From Candidatus Iainarchaeum sp. (GTDB taxonomy: Archaea > Iainarchaeota > Iainarchaeia > JAGGVJ01): a stretch of DNA of 36,064 bases. The notes below the pieces were generated by a model, which made no database searches, was not told the origin of the DNA, and worked only from the letters and a program-made list of their open reading frames with translations. Below are positions 1-8,688 of the stretch, in pieces. Made by a program: the position numbers and the translations under genes. The first letter of the stretch is position 1; every line of letters begins with the position of its first letter. Location of the stretch: positions 1 to 36,064 of the forward strand of contig JAGGVJ010000039.1 in the NCBI GenBank assembly GCA_021158055.1, written 5' to 3'.

Positions 1-459
1 CATTCTATATAAAAAGGTTAATATTTTGATTTGATTTTAGTCGGGTATTTTACTTTTTTGTTGGTTTTTATTTTTCGTTTTTGTTCATTTTTTTAGTTTA
101 CTTTTTATTTTTTTTATGTAAGATGTTTTTATTAGTAAAGAATTAGAATTAAAAAAATAGAGAACTAAAAATTAAAAAAAAATTTGAATAACCAGCAGAA
201 AAAGTAAATAAAATAATAATCAAGTTAGTGTTTTTGGTAAATCCGCAATCAATAATTTAAGTGAATTTGTAACTACTAATTAGTTTATACTTTTTTACGG
301 TTTTTTTGTAATTATTTCAACATTAAACATAGGTCTTTAAAAACAAGTTTTCTTCTTTTAGTTATATATTTTTGTTTTGAAAAGTTTAAGAGAAAATCTT
401 ATACTGACATATAATATTATGTATAATTATTATCCAATTGGTTAATTAAGGTGATTTAA

Positions 460-1443
460 ATTAAAGTACTAAAAATTTGTTTTGTTTTGGTTGCAGTGTT
501 TTCATTTTTGATTTATTCAAATGCGTTGATTTCTCTTTCTCCGGAAGCACAGTTTGGTGTTACGGAATGTTGCGGTGACTGTTGCCTGTATATAATTCCC
601 GGGGAACTGACTGTTAAAACCGTTCAACCTTCAGGAAATCCTTATTTTCAGGATTTTCTGGTCGTTGACGTAAGCACAGTGCCAGGTGCCTGTAACGAGG
701 GCGGTGTTTCTCTTGACATCACTTCAAAAGCAGCCAAAGAAAGCACCAATCAGTATGTTTCCCTTGCATCAGGACAGCCAGCCATCCTTAATTTTGCTGA
801 ACATTCAAATGGATATGCGTTTGTTTCAACGAAAATCATTACAGCTTCATCGCCTCTTTCAGCCTTTGACCAGCTTCGTTTTTACAGGGGCGCGGATATG
901 TGCGGCGCAGTACCCGTAAATATTTCTGTTGAAGGGACAAACAATGAAGCTTTTGGCTTTAACCCCCTTCACACGGAATTCCTTAACGCTTCTGTGGGCA
1001 GCGCTTCAGAGGATTCTTATTCACTTGCAGAGGAAAGCAATGTAAACCCAATGGATGTGACCGGTGCTTCCACTGAAGAATTTATTTATATTGATGACCT
1101 GAAAAACAGTGTGATAACCACGTTGGATATGAACGAAACTGTTTTTAACAAGTCGTCTTTTATAATACCTAAAAATAGTTCTGATTCAGTTTTTTTTTCA
1201 ATGACTCCGGGCACAACTGAAATTAGTTTGCCAAGTGTTTTTGTGTCTTTGAACGAATTCCAGACAGACAGGGGCCCGATAAAAATACCCATTGCAGCGA
1301 TGGTTTATCCCGCGGGTCTTGACGGCGGGGGATATGTCAGCAAATCAGTTCCGGGAATCGGTGTTTTGGGGTTTGCTCTGGTAAGCATGATCAGTTTAAT
1401 AATCTTGGTTTTTGCAAGAAGAAACAAGAAATCGGCGGTGTGA
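460..1443 (+). CDS. Secreted/surface protein with C-terminal PGF-CTERM-like membrane anchor
   Basis: ORF track starts at TTG 487. The frame is open back to ATT 460 (stop at 457), 5 nt after SD GGTGA (450-454), giving the signal peptide (M)KVLKICFVLVAVFSFLIYSNA. C-terminus is VPGIG + hydrophobic helix + RRNKK. Confidence 0.7.
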   Translation: MKVLKICFVLVAVFSFLIYSNALISLSPEAQFGVTECCGDCCLYIIPGELTVKTVQPSGNPYFQDFLVVDVSTVPGACNEGGVSLDITSKAAKESTNQYVSLASGQPAILNFAEHSNGYAFVSTKIITASSPLSAFDQLRFYRGADMCGAVPVNISVEGTNNEAFGFNPLHTEFLNASVGSASEDSYSLAEESNVNPMDVTGASTEEFIYIDDLKNSVITTLDMNETVFNKSSFIIPKNSSDSVFFSMTPGTTEISLPSVFVSLNEFQTDRGPIKIPIAAMVYPAGLDGGGYVSKSVPGIGVLGFALVSMISLIILVFARRNKKSAV

Positions 1444-1446
1444 TAA

Positions 1447-2151
1447 ATGTTGGATAAATTAAAAGGTCGCAGTGAAATAAAAATCGGCGGAATCAAGCTG
1501 ATGGGTGAAAAGACCGATAAGAGAATAGTAATCGGCGGAGTTTTTCTGGTTCTTTTGGCTCTCGGGTTTATTATCTATATCGTGACCCCCTATTTGATGG
1601 ATCTGGCAGTGCCAAGAAACCCTGAGCTTGATGACATCATAACGATTGACACCGGAAAAAGCACTGCTGAAAGTTTTATACCTGTTGCCGGTGAAGAGCT
1701 AACTGAACAGCAAAAGCTCACTCTCAATTACATAGAGGAAGAGTTTAAGGACCCGATTATGGTTGCGGCAGTTTATGACGGGACTTCAACCGAGCTTAAT
1801 CCGAAAGGCGTCTGGAGTTATACTTTTGTGGACAACGGGACATACACGGGTGTGAAAATAAAAGTTGATGCTGAAACAAATGAACTGGTTGACACCCCGT
1901 TAAAATACACTCCGCAGCACCGCGCAACTGAAGAAGCAAGAAACAGGTTTACTGATATTGACGTTGTCAGGCTGGTCAAGCAAAAAACAGGCAATTCGGA
2001 TATTAAGTTTACTCAAATAGTTTATTTCTCTGAAATAAATACAGCCACAAAAACTTATGTAAGACTCTGGAATATCATTGTTGAAGGTCCGGAAGGTGTG
2101 CAGACCTACCAGCTTGATGACGTATCAGGAAACTTCAGGGGTCCGTTTTAA
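1447..2151 (+). CDS. Membrane-anchored protein with two PepSY-like segments
   Basis: N-terminal TM helix and two 'W-x-Y/I...V/L-D-x-x-T/S-x-E/N' segments (WSYTF..VDAETNELV; WNIIV..LDDVSGNF). Alternative start at ATG 1501. Confidence 0.55.
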   Translation: MLDKLKGRSEIKIGGIKLMGEKTDKRIVIGGVFLVLLALGFIIYIVTPYLMDLAVPRNPELDDIITIDTGKSTAESFIPVAGEELTEQQKLTLNYIEEEFKDPIMVAAVYDGTSTELNPKGVWSYTFVDNGTYTGVKIKVDAETNELVDTPLKYTPQHRATEEARNRFTDIDVVRLVKQKTGNSDIKFTQIVYFSEINTATKTYVRLWNIIVEGPEGVQTYQLDDVSGNFRGPF

Positions 2152-2167
2152 AGAGGGGCATGTATAA

Positions 2168-2327
2168 TACTGCGGTAAAAGGATTGCGGTTGTCGCCCAC
2201 CAGGCTCCCCCAGTTGGCTTTGGATGTCAAAATTAATGGAAGGACTTGGGCGGGAGCAGGCAATCAACGAGGACTGGTGGAAAAGGAAAGCCTGGCAGCC
2301 CGGATGGAATACAGGCTTGAATGTTAA
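2168..2327 (+). pseudogene. C-terminal remnant of a histidine phosphatase family gene
   Basis: Stitching across 3 frameshifts gives YCGKRIAVVAHQAP/QLALDVKINGRTW/EQAINEDWWKRKAWQPGW/EYRLEC*, with the 'VVAH' second-His motif. The N-terminal RHG half is absent. Confidence 0.7.
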
Positions 2328-2343
2328 GCAATAGCCTGGGGGT

Positions 2344-2997
2344 TTATTTTTTCCCGCTCCATTCATCGAAAAATTCCTGAAGAAATGATTCCATGAATTT
2401 GTGCCTTTCTTTAGCCATGTTTTTTGCTGTTTCTGTATGCATGTTTTCCTTTAATTTCAGGAGTTTGCTGTGGAAATGATGTATTGTCGAGGGGTTGTTT
2501 TCGGATTCCTCGTATGTGTGCCTGTCAAAGGGTTTTTTAGGATTCCACATTGTGACATTGTTTGCCCCCCAAAGAAAAAGTCCTGCTTATTCCAATTGCT
2601 CCGATCGTATCCAGATTGTCGGCATCCTGCAGAATCATGGTTTCAAGGTCATTTACGGTTTTTCCATTTTCTGAAAAACTGTATTCCTCGTGATATTCAA
2701 TGCAATGGGTGATTTTTTCTTTTTGCTTTTCTGTCAAGTTTGTCTTATCAAGGATTTCCTTGACTTTTGGCAGGGAATCTTTTGGAGAGCAGAATTTTCC
2801 GGTTTCTTTTTGGATGATTCTGTGGATGTCATGCAGGAATGCAGAAACCCCAATAACTGCTTTGTCTCTGCCTTCTTTGCTTTGAAGAGCCAGGGCATTT
2901 TTAAAGTGCGCTTTAAGTGGTACATGTCGTGACCGCTGGGGTCTTCATGAAAAAGCTCTTTGACTTTTTCTTCAAGCTGGTTGATTGTTTTTTCTAT
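2344..2997 (-). pseudogene. HD-domain phosphohydrolase (YedJ/YpgQ-like) split by two -1 frameshifts
   Basis: Three fragments join into SGHDMYHLKR / NALALQSKEGGDKAVIGVSAFLHDIHR...LQDADNLDTIGAIGISRTF / GGANNVTMWNP...IHHFHSKLLKLKENMHTETAK. Shifts lie at ~2900 and ~2570. Confidence 0.85.
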
Positions 2998-3135
2998 AAA
3001 TATATGTAAATGAATTGAGATTAAGAATGTTTTGTTCTCTTTTTGAAGCCACATTTAAGAATTGAATATAATTCCCGCAATTTTATGAAGTTCAATGATG
3101 CCGAAGGCAAAAAATCAAAGTTTTCGTGCCTGAAT

Positions 3136-4308
3136 TTAAATTAGGGGAGCCTTTGCCGTCGATTTATCCAATTGCTTTTCCTGGATAATTGATTTTAGTT
3201 CGCTTACGATGTGATTTATCAGCTCTTTTGATTTTATTTCGTTTATCTTTTTTCTAGGGTTCCAGTCTATTCCGGGCCTGTCGTTTCCTTCAATAAAATA
3301 TAAGTTGCCGTTATTGCTCCGGATAAAATCCAAAGAGTATATGGCGTGTTTTAAATCCAGTTTTTTGTTTAAATTTTTAATTATTTTCCTGGCCATGGTC
3401 AGAACGTCTTTGGGAATTGTGTTTATGGGCATATAGACTAGATTTCCCCCTTGTTGTTCATTGCATTTAAAATTCCCTTCTTTGGCAATTCTGATATAAG
3501 TCTGTATAATTTTTTGGTTTAGCATAATTATTCTCAAATCAATTAGCCCGCTGTATTTTCCAAAAACAAAGCCATTGTCGCAGTTAATGAATGGTTGAAT
3601 TATGTAAGGCGATGTTTTTCTGTTCTCTACGCCCGATTCATAAAGTTTTTTGTTTTCTTCAAAGTCAAATTCATCAAAATTTACTTTGAATATGTTGAAA
3701 CCGCCCACGCCTGTTTTGTCTTTTATTATATAATCGTCACTAAAATCAACGTTATGCCTGTGCTTTTTTAATAATTTATCCAGTTTGGTTTTAGCCTGGA
3801 TTATTTTTTGTTTTGAAAGGTTGGTTATTTCAACTGTCGGTATTGCAAATTCCTTAAACTGTTTATAGGTGTTTATTTTATTCTGGAAAACATTTTTTAT
3901 TTTTTTATTATTAAACATATAAGTGGATTTGGAAGATGTGAGCAATTTTAATTTATTTTTTTGTTTGCTATTGACGGAGGTGAATTTATCGAAAAAGACC
4001 TGCGAGTGCGCTTTGCCATTATTTTTAACCCATTTTTTATCATATGTCCAAAAACTCTGAAAAAGACCTGACCCGATAATGTCTTTGGATGTTGCAAAAG
4101 CGGCCTTAATGCCCATTTTTTTGCAGATCAATAAAAAATAACGATAACTATCATTGTAAATTACGCTGCTGCCAGTGGATGAAAACGGAGATTTTCCCCT
4201 ATATTGTTTGTCTCCAGCACTATTTGCGCTGGGTTTCGCGTAAACTACAATTGCATCATACTGTTGTGTGTTAACGTGCTGTTTTATTTTAATATCCATA
4301 TTTATCAT
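3136..4308 (-). CDS. ATP-grasp ligase (YheC/YheD- or RimK-like)
   Basis: Motifs NKINTY, YIIKDKTGVGGFNIFKV, IIQPFI, DLRII, FKCNEQQGG, YSLDF, FIEGNDRPG. Start is likely ATG 4308 or 4299. Visibly AT-richer than neighbours. Confidence 0.85.
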   Translation of the reverse strand: MINMDIKIKQHVNTQQYDAIVVYAKPSANSAGDKQYRGKSPFSSTGSSVIYNDSYRYFLLICKKMGIKAAFATSKDIIGSGLFQSFWTYDKKWVKNNGKAHSQVFFDKFTSVNSKQKNKLKLLTSSKSTYMFNNKKIKNVFQNKINTYKQFKEFAIPTVEITNLSKQKIIQAKTKLDKLLKKHRHNVDFSDDYIIKDKTGVGGFNIFKVNFDEFDFEENKKLYESGVENRKTSPYIIQPFINCDNGFVFGKYSGLIDLRIIMLNQKIIQTYIRIAKEGNFKCNEQQGGNLVYMPINTIPKDVLTMARKIIKNLNKKLDLKHAIYSLDFIRSNNGNLYFIEGNDRPGIDWNPRKKINEIKSKELINHIVSELKSIIQEKQLDKSTAKAPLI

Positions 4309-4482
4309 AATGCATATAAAGAGTTTTGAATAACCTTTTTTGTAAGTTGACTTGGTTTTTTGTTGTTTTTGTCTTGCACATAATTTCTGCAATCAACTGA
4401 AATCCAAGCAGTAGGTACGGGTTTGGACAGAGCGGGGTGCAACGCAGTGAAGCGAGAGCATAACGTGATTGAAGCGAAGAAG

Positions 4483-4730
4483 TTAATTTTTAAATCCGTT
4501 ATGTAACTTAAGAACTTTGCCTTTTAAAACACCGTGGTTTATTTTGATTTTATTTCCGCTCATCTGATTCAATGCGTTTACGTCAATATTCATTTTATCA
4601 GGCAATTTGGCACCGCACACTATTCTTTTTATTCCCGCTCTCCACGCGGCAGAAAAACACAGGGGCAGGGGGTCGCGGTTGTATAGAGCGTGCAGTCCGG
4701 GATTTTCACGGCATTTAATTTTTTGCAGGT
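4483..4730 (-). pseudogene. 5'-truncated, frameshifted nucleoside deaminase (GuaD/TadA-like CDA fold)
   Basis: Minus-strand translation CKKLNAVKIPDCTLYTTATPCP / LCFSAAWRAGIKRIVCGA...* contains the PCxxC zinc motif broken by a frameshift. The HAE half is missing. Confidence 0.75.
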
Positions 4731-4854
4731 TAAGTATTTAAATATAATTTTTATTTTTGTATCCAGAAGACTTAACAACTCATAATTTTGATAGATTTAA
4801 ATAGTTTTTTATCATTATAATAATATTCTTATTGTGTTTTTTATTGTATTTTTC

Positions 4855-4932
4855 GCTCCCTTAGTCTAGTCCGGCCAAGGATACTGCCCTTTCGAGGCAG
4901 CGACGTGGGTTCAAATCCCGCAGGGAGCACCA
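4855..4932 (+). tRNA. tRNA-Glu(TTC)
   Basis: Cloverleaf: acceptor GCTCCCT/AGGGAGC, anticodon arm CTGCC-CTTTCGA-GGCAG, GTTCAAATC T-loop, encoded CCA. Confidence 0.97.
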
Positions 4933-4939
4933 TTAATTT

Positions 4940-5055
4940 GTGGGGGTCGCCTAGCCTGGTATGGCGCTAGCCTGCTATAAAGTTTTTTTGAAATGCAGTG
5001 TTTTGCAGAAAGCTAGTGTCTTTTAGACACGTGGGTTCGAATCCCACCCCTCACG
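4940..5055 (+). tRNA. tRNA-Ser(GCT) with 33-nt canonical 37/38 intron (4978-5010)
   Basis: Stem CTAGC/GCTAG, anticodon GCT 4974-4976, BHB helix CTGC/GCAG, long variable arm, G discriminator. Confidence 0.93.
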
Positions 5056-5168
5056 CTTATTTTTTTTGAAATTTGTTTTTTGTTGTTGCGGATTCACGTG
5101 CTCGAAAAAATAAATGTTTTTTGCAACTTACAGAAAGATAAATATGTTATTGAACACACATTGTTTTC

Positions 5169-6791
5169 ATGCAGACTGAAGCAGAGATTTTTCTTGGCAC
5201 AAAAAGCCGCAAACTCTTGTTTGACGCAGAAGAAGTGGACGCAGCAGAGCTTCAGAGGCTTTTTGAGTCGCAGGGATTCGTGACAAAGTTCAGTGAAAAC
5301 CGCGGGAGTGAGCCGTTGCAGGGTCATGCCGGGCTGGCCAGAAAACTGTTTTTGGAGTCAGTTGCTTTTTTTTCAAAGACAAACAGCGTTGATGAACTGC
5401 CTTTTTTCGGGGATCATTTTGCAGTATTTGAACTCCCTGAAGAACTGGGTGGAAAGCGTGTTTTTTTTGCCTGTGACCCTGAAATTTGCGAGTGGGAAAA
5501 GCCGGTTGAAGTTGCTTTCAAAGTGTTTGAAAAAGTTGCGAAACTAAGAAAAATCAGGTTTGAAAACGGGCTTTTTGTGGGAATAACTTCAGGCAAAAAA
5601 ACAAGGAACAATGCTTCTTTTGGAATTCCGTCCGGGGGGTGGCACAAGTATTTTTGTGATTTCGGGGAAAAGGAATCCCTGCAGATATCAAAAAAACTTA
5701 TCTGGGGAATAAACAATTTTTTTGACCTTGCATACATCCGCTCTGATTTTCTTGACTGCAGCCCAAGTTTCCTCAATGTTTTTGCAGACTTGGTTCTTTT
5801 GGGGTTTTACCCGAAAGAAAGGTTGCCTGTGTTTTTTTTAAATGAAAAAAAGCTTGCCTCGCTTCCGGTTGCGTTTGGCGTTGTAAGCCACGAAGTCGAG
5901 CATTATCTGGCTGAGACATCTGGCTGGAAGAAAAACTACATTCAGGCAAGGGAAAAAATTGACTGGGACAAGAAACTTGCGCATTTTTTCAGGCACGAAT
6001 TTTACGAAAAAAACAAGGCAAAGCTTCGCGCGACTTTTTTAAAGTGGCTTAACAAAATTTTTTACGAAGTGGTAACAGATGCAAACCTGTACCTCAACGC
6101 AGTCGGTTCAGATTCAAAATGCAATGTTTTGTTGTGCCGGGACAGGGAAAAATCATGGGATTTCCGCATGAAAGTGTTTGAAAAGTTTGTCAGGCGGGGT
6201 GCGGAAAAAGACGATTATATTGTTTATTTTCTTTTTTCATATTACCCATATCTTCTTTCCCTTTACGTTGTCGAGAACAAGATCCCCGGGGAAAAATTCA
6301 AGGCAGCAGAAAACAGGCTGCTTGAGCAATCAAAAGATATTGCGCCTGGGTTTTCGGAATTCAACGCGTTCATGAAAAAAAAATCAATTGAACTTTACAG
6401 CAGGTTCCTGTTAGGAGAGGATCTTTCCCAAGACGTTGACGAGGTTTTGGCCAGAGTAATAGCTTTTTATTTTTCAGTTAACAGGGAGCAGATAAATTCA
6501 ATAGTTATGGAAAAGCACAAATCCGGGCAGTTTGGCAGCTGTGAAGTCGGCAAGACAGTTAATGAAATAGTTCTTTCAAGCAGGATAATTTCATTGAAAA
6601 AAAAACCCAATCATTTCCAGTTTTTGTTTGAGCGGCGCGGAAGAAAGTTTTACAGGTTCACGACTGAAAGAGTGGAAAAAGCATTGAATGATTTCACGCG
6701 CGAAAGACACGGGGCTGTTGCACGCAAGGGGCAAGAGACTGTTGCACGCGAGAGATGCGAAACTGTTTTGGAGGGAGACCAGCTTGGCTGA
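5169..6791 (+). CDS. Hypothetical 540-aa protein with gluzincin-type metallopeptidase motif
   Basis: VVSHEVEHY (HExxH) with downstream FYEVVTD (ExxxD third ligand). Overlaps the next gene's start. Confidence 0.6.
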   Translation: MQTEAEIFLGTKSRKLLFDAEEVDAAELQRLFESQGFVTKFSENRGSEPLQGHAGLARKLFLESVAFFSKTNSVDELPFFGDHFAVFELPEELGGKRVFFACDPEICEWEKPVEVAFKVFEKVAKLRKIRFENGLFVGITSGKKTRNNASFGIPSGGWHKYFCDFGEKESLQISKKLIWGINNFFDLAYIRSDFLDCSPSFLNVFADLVLLGFYPKERLPVFFLNEKKLASLPVAFGVVSHEVEHYLAETSGWKKNYIQAREKIDWDKKLAHFFRHEFYEKNKAKLRATFLKWLNKIFYEVVTDANLYLNAVGSDSKCNVLLCRDREKSWDFRMKVFEKFVRRGAEKDDYIVYFLFSYYPYLLSLYVVENKIPGEKFKAAENRLLEQSKDIAPGFSEFNAFMKKKSIELYSRFLLGEDLSQDVDEVLARVIAFYFSVNREQINSIVMEKHKSGQFGSCEVGKTVNEIVLSSRIISLKKKPNHFQFLFERRGRKFYRFTTERVEKALNDFTRERHGAVARKGQETVARERCETVLEGDQLG

Positions 6792-7785
6792 TTCAGTTGC
6801 CTTTGTTTACCGCCAGCTTGTGAGCTGGGAGGACCGGACTCCTTTTTCAAAGGAAAGTTCAGATAAGGCACTGGAGCTTTTTTCTCAAGTTGCTGAAATG
6901 CATTCAGTTAAGGTTTTCATCTGCCACTTTGACTGGATTGAAAAAGACACCTTAAAGAAAGCGTGGTGTTTTGAAGATTCGAAGTGGAAGAGGGTTTTTA
7001 ACGTGAAAGTTGACCTGCTCTACCAAAAGTTTGGGTTTAGGGAAGAGACAAGGAAAATAAAAGAAATACTTTCAAAACACTTCAATGTTGTGAATTCCCT
7101 GGAAATGGAAGAGGTGTGCAGGGACAAGTTTGCAACCCACAAGATGTTTTTTGATTACATGAAGCCCTGCTTTTTGGTTAAAAACAGTGATGACATCAAA
7201 AGCGTTCTTGAGGAAATACGCGGCGATCTTGTGGTGCTAAAGCCGAGGTACGGGTTTGCAGGCAGGGACGTGAAAGTTGTCCCGGCAGAGTTTCCTTTGC
7301 TTGTTCAACTGCTTGGCGGGTCAAAAGACGATATGCTTCTTGAAGAATTCATTGATTCCTCAAGGGGAGTCGAATGCCTTGGGATAAGCGGGGTCCACGA
7401 CCTTCGCGTGGTGGTTGTGGATAGCGTCATTGCAGTCTCTTATGCGAGGTTTCCAAAATCAGGTCTTGTGAGCAACGTCGCAAAAGGCGGGGAACTAAGG
7501 GTGCTTGATGTTGGAAAACTTCCGAAAAGCGTTGTGTGGATGGTTGCGGGAGTCGACCTGAAGCTCAAGAAGTTCGGGCTGAATGCCTACACCGTTGACT
7601 TCGTGTTTGATGCAAACCAGCAGCCATGGATTATTGAGCTGAACTGCCAGCCTGACTTTGAATTCAGCGATGACGAGGAAAAGAAGATGGAAACAGAGCA
7701 TTTTGGAGTTATGTGCGCGCAGTTCAAACGCTACCAAGTTCAAAAGAAGCAAGGGATAAAAGAGGAAATGAAGAAAAACAGGTAA
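6784..7785 (+). CDS. ATP-grasp ligase (RimK/GshB-like)
   Basis: Motifs CRDKFATH, VVLKPRYGFAGRDV, LEEFI, HDLRVVV, VSNVAKGG, YTVDF, IIELNCQP. TTG 6784 follows SD GAGGGAG and overlaps the upstream stop. Confidence 0.88.
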   Translation: MADSVAFVYRQLVSWEDRTPFSKESSDKALELFSQVAEMHSVKVFICHFDWIEKDTLKKAWCFEDSKWKRVFNVKVDLLYQKFGFREETRKIKEILSKHFNVVNSLEMEEVCRDKFATHKMFFDYMKPCFLVKNSDDIKSVLEEIRGDLVVLKPRYGFAGRDVKVVPAEFPLLVQLLGGSKDDMLLEEFIDSSRGVECLGISGVHDLRVVVVDSVIAVSYARFPKSGLVSNVAKGGELRVLDVGKLPKSVVWMVAGVDLKLKKFGLNAYTVDFVFDANQQPWIIELNCQPDFEFSDDEEKKMETEHFGVMCAQFKRYQVQKKQGIKEEMKKNR

Positions 7786-7805
7786 ACTAAAAAAATAAAG
7801 GAAAG

Positions 7806-8648
7806 CTACATTTTTGAAACAAAGCTTTTGGTAACTGCTATCGGAATTTCCGGGCTGGCTTCGGTCAGGTAAGAACTGTATTCAAACTGCACTGCCTGCC
7901 CGCGGGTTTTTTCAAGAAGTTCTTTTACAAGTGTTTTAACTGTTTTGCCGTTGAATTTGTGCTCAAAGGTTATTTCAAGAGGGCTTGAGCTGAACGCTTT
8001 TTTTATAGCTTCAAGGTAGCATGCAAAATCCCCTGACTCAATATACTTTTCAACCAGTTTTGCTTCTTTTTCAAAGCCCTTGCTTTTCAGGTTATTGATG
8101 TCTTTTTGAATGCTGTCTTCTTCAAGGTGATTGTAAAAAAATTTTGCGCAATAGCAGGCATAGTCGCAAAAGCCATGTCTTTGGGCTTTTATTTCTTCTG
8201 AAAACTCGCTGTTTACCTGCTTTGTCAACCTTTCGGCTTTTTTTGCATCAATGCCGATTCCTTCAATTGAACCAATGTCGATTATTGTGGGCAGCACAGA
8301 CAGTTTTGTCACAAGGTTGTGGACAAACACATATTTCGGGTTTTGTTGCTGCAAACCGGTTTTTTCAACTTCGCTCCAGAACCCGTTGTAAATGCCTTTT
8401 AACTCGTCTGTTTTTGAACCGGAATACTCGCTTAATCGGTAGTGGTTGAAATGCCAGCGGTTGTAGCGCGGAAAGCTTGAGATGATTGCTTTTCCCCCGC
8501 TCCTGCACAAGTTGTAAGCAATCGCTTCTGTTCCAATGTCCCCTCTGATGTGTTTTTTCAGCGAAGTTGCAGAGTGGGCGGCGACATAAACAGGGCCGGG
8601 TTTTTCAGAATCAAAGATCATAAATCCTTTTTTTATTTCCACTTTCAT
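7806..8648 (-). CDS. N-formylglutamate amidohydrolase-like (zinc exopeptidase fold) protein
   Basis: Ordered motifs VAAHS...GDIGT...VFVHN...IDIG...FNG...AVQFE match the FGase pattern PHS..D..T..xH..D..G..Q.E. Start ATG 8648. Confidence 0.6.
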   Translation of the reverse strand: MKVEIKKGFMIFDSEKPGPVYVAAHSATSLKKHIRGDIGTEAIAYNLCRSGGKAIISSFPRYNRWHFNHYRLSEYSGSKTDELKGIYNGFWSEVEKTGLQQQNPKYVFVHNLVTKLSVLPTIIDIGSIEGIGIDAKKAERLTKQVNSEFSEEIKAQRHGFCDYACYCAKFFYNHLEEDSIQKDINNLKSKGFEKEAKLVEKYIESGDFACYLEAIKKAFSSSPLEITFEHKFNGKTVKTLVKELLEKTRGQAVQFEYSSYLTEASPEIPIAVTKSFVSKM

Positions 8649-8688
8649 GATTAATATAAACGGTTTGTTAAATAAAAATTTGCCGAAA

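Noticed and set aside
6688-6791. Graspetide (RiPP) precursor
   Set aside because: The 8-aa repeats are fused to a large protein and lack typical TxxxxD/E core arrays; no separate precursor ORF was seen near the ligases.
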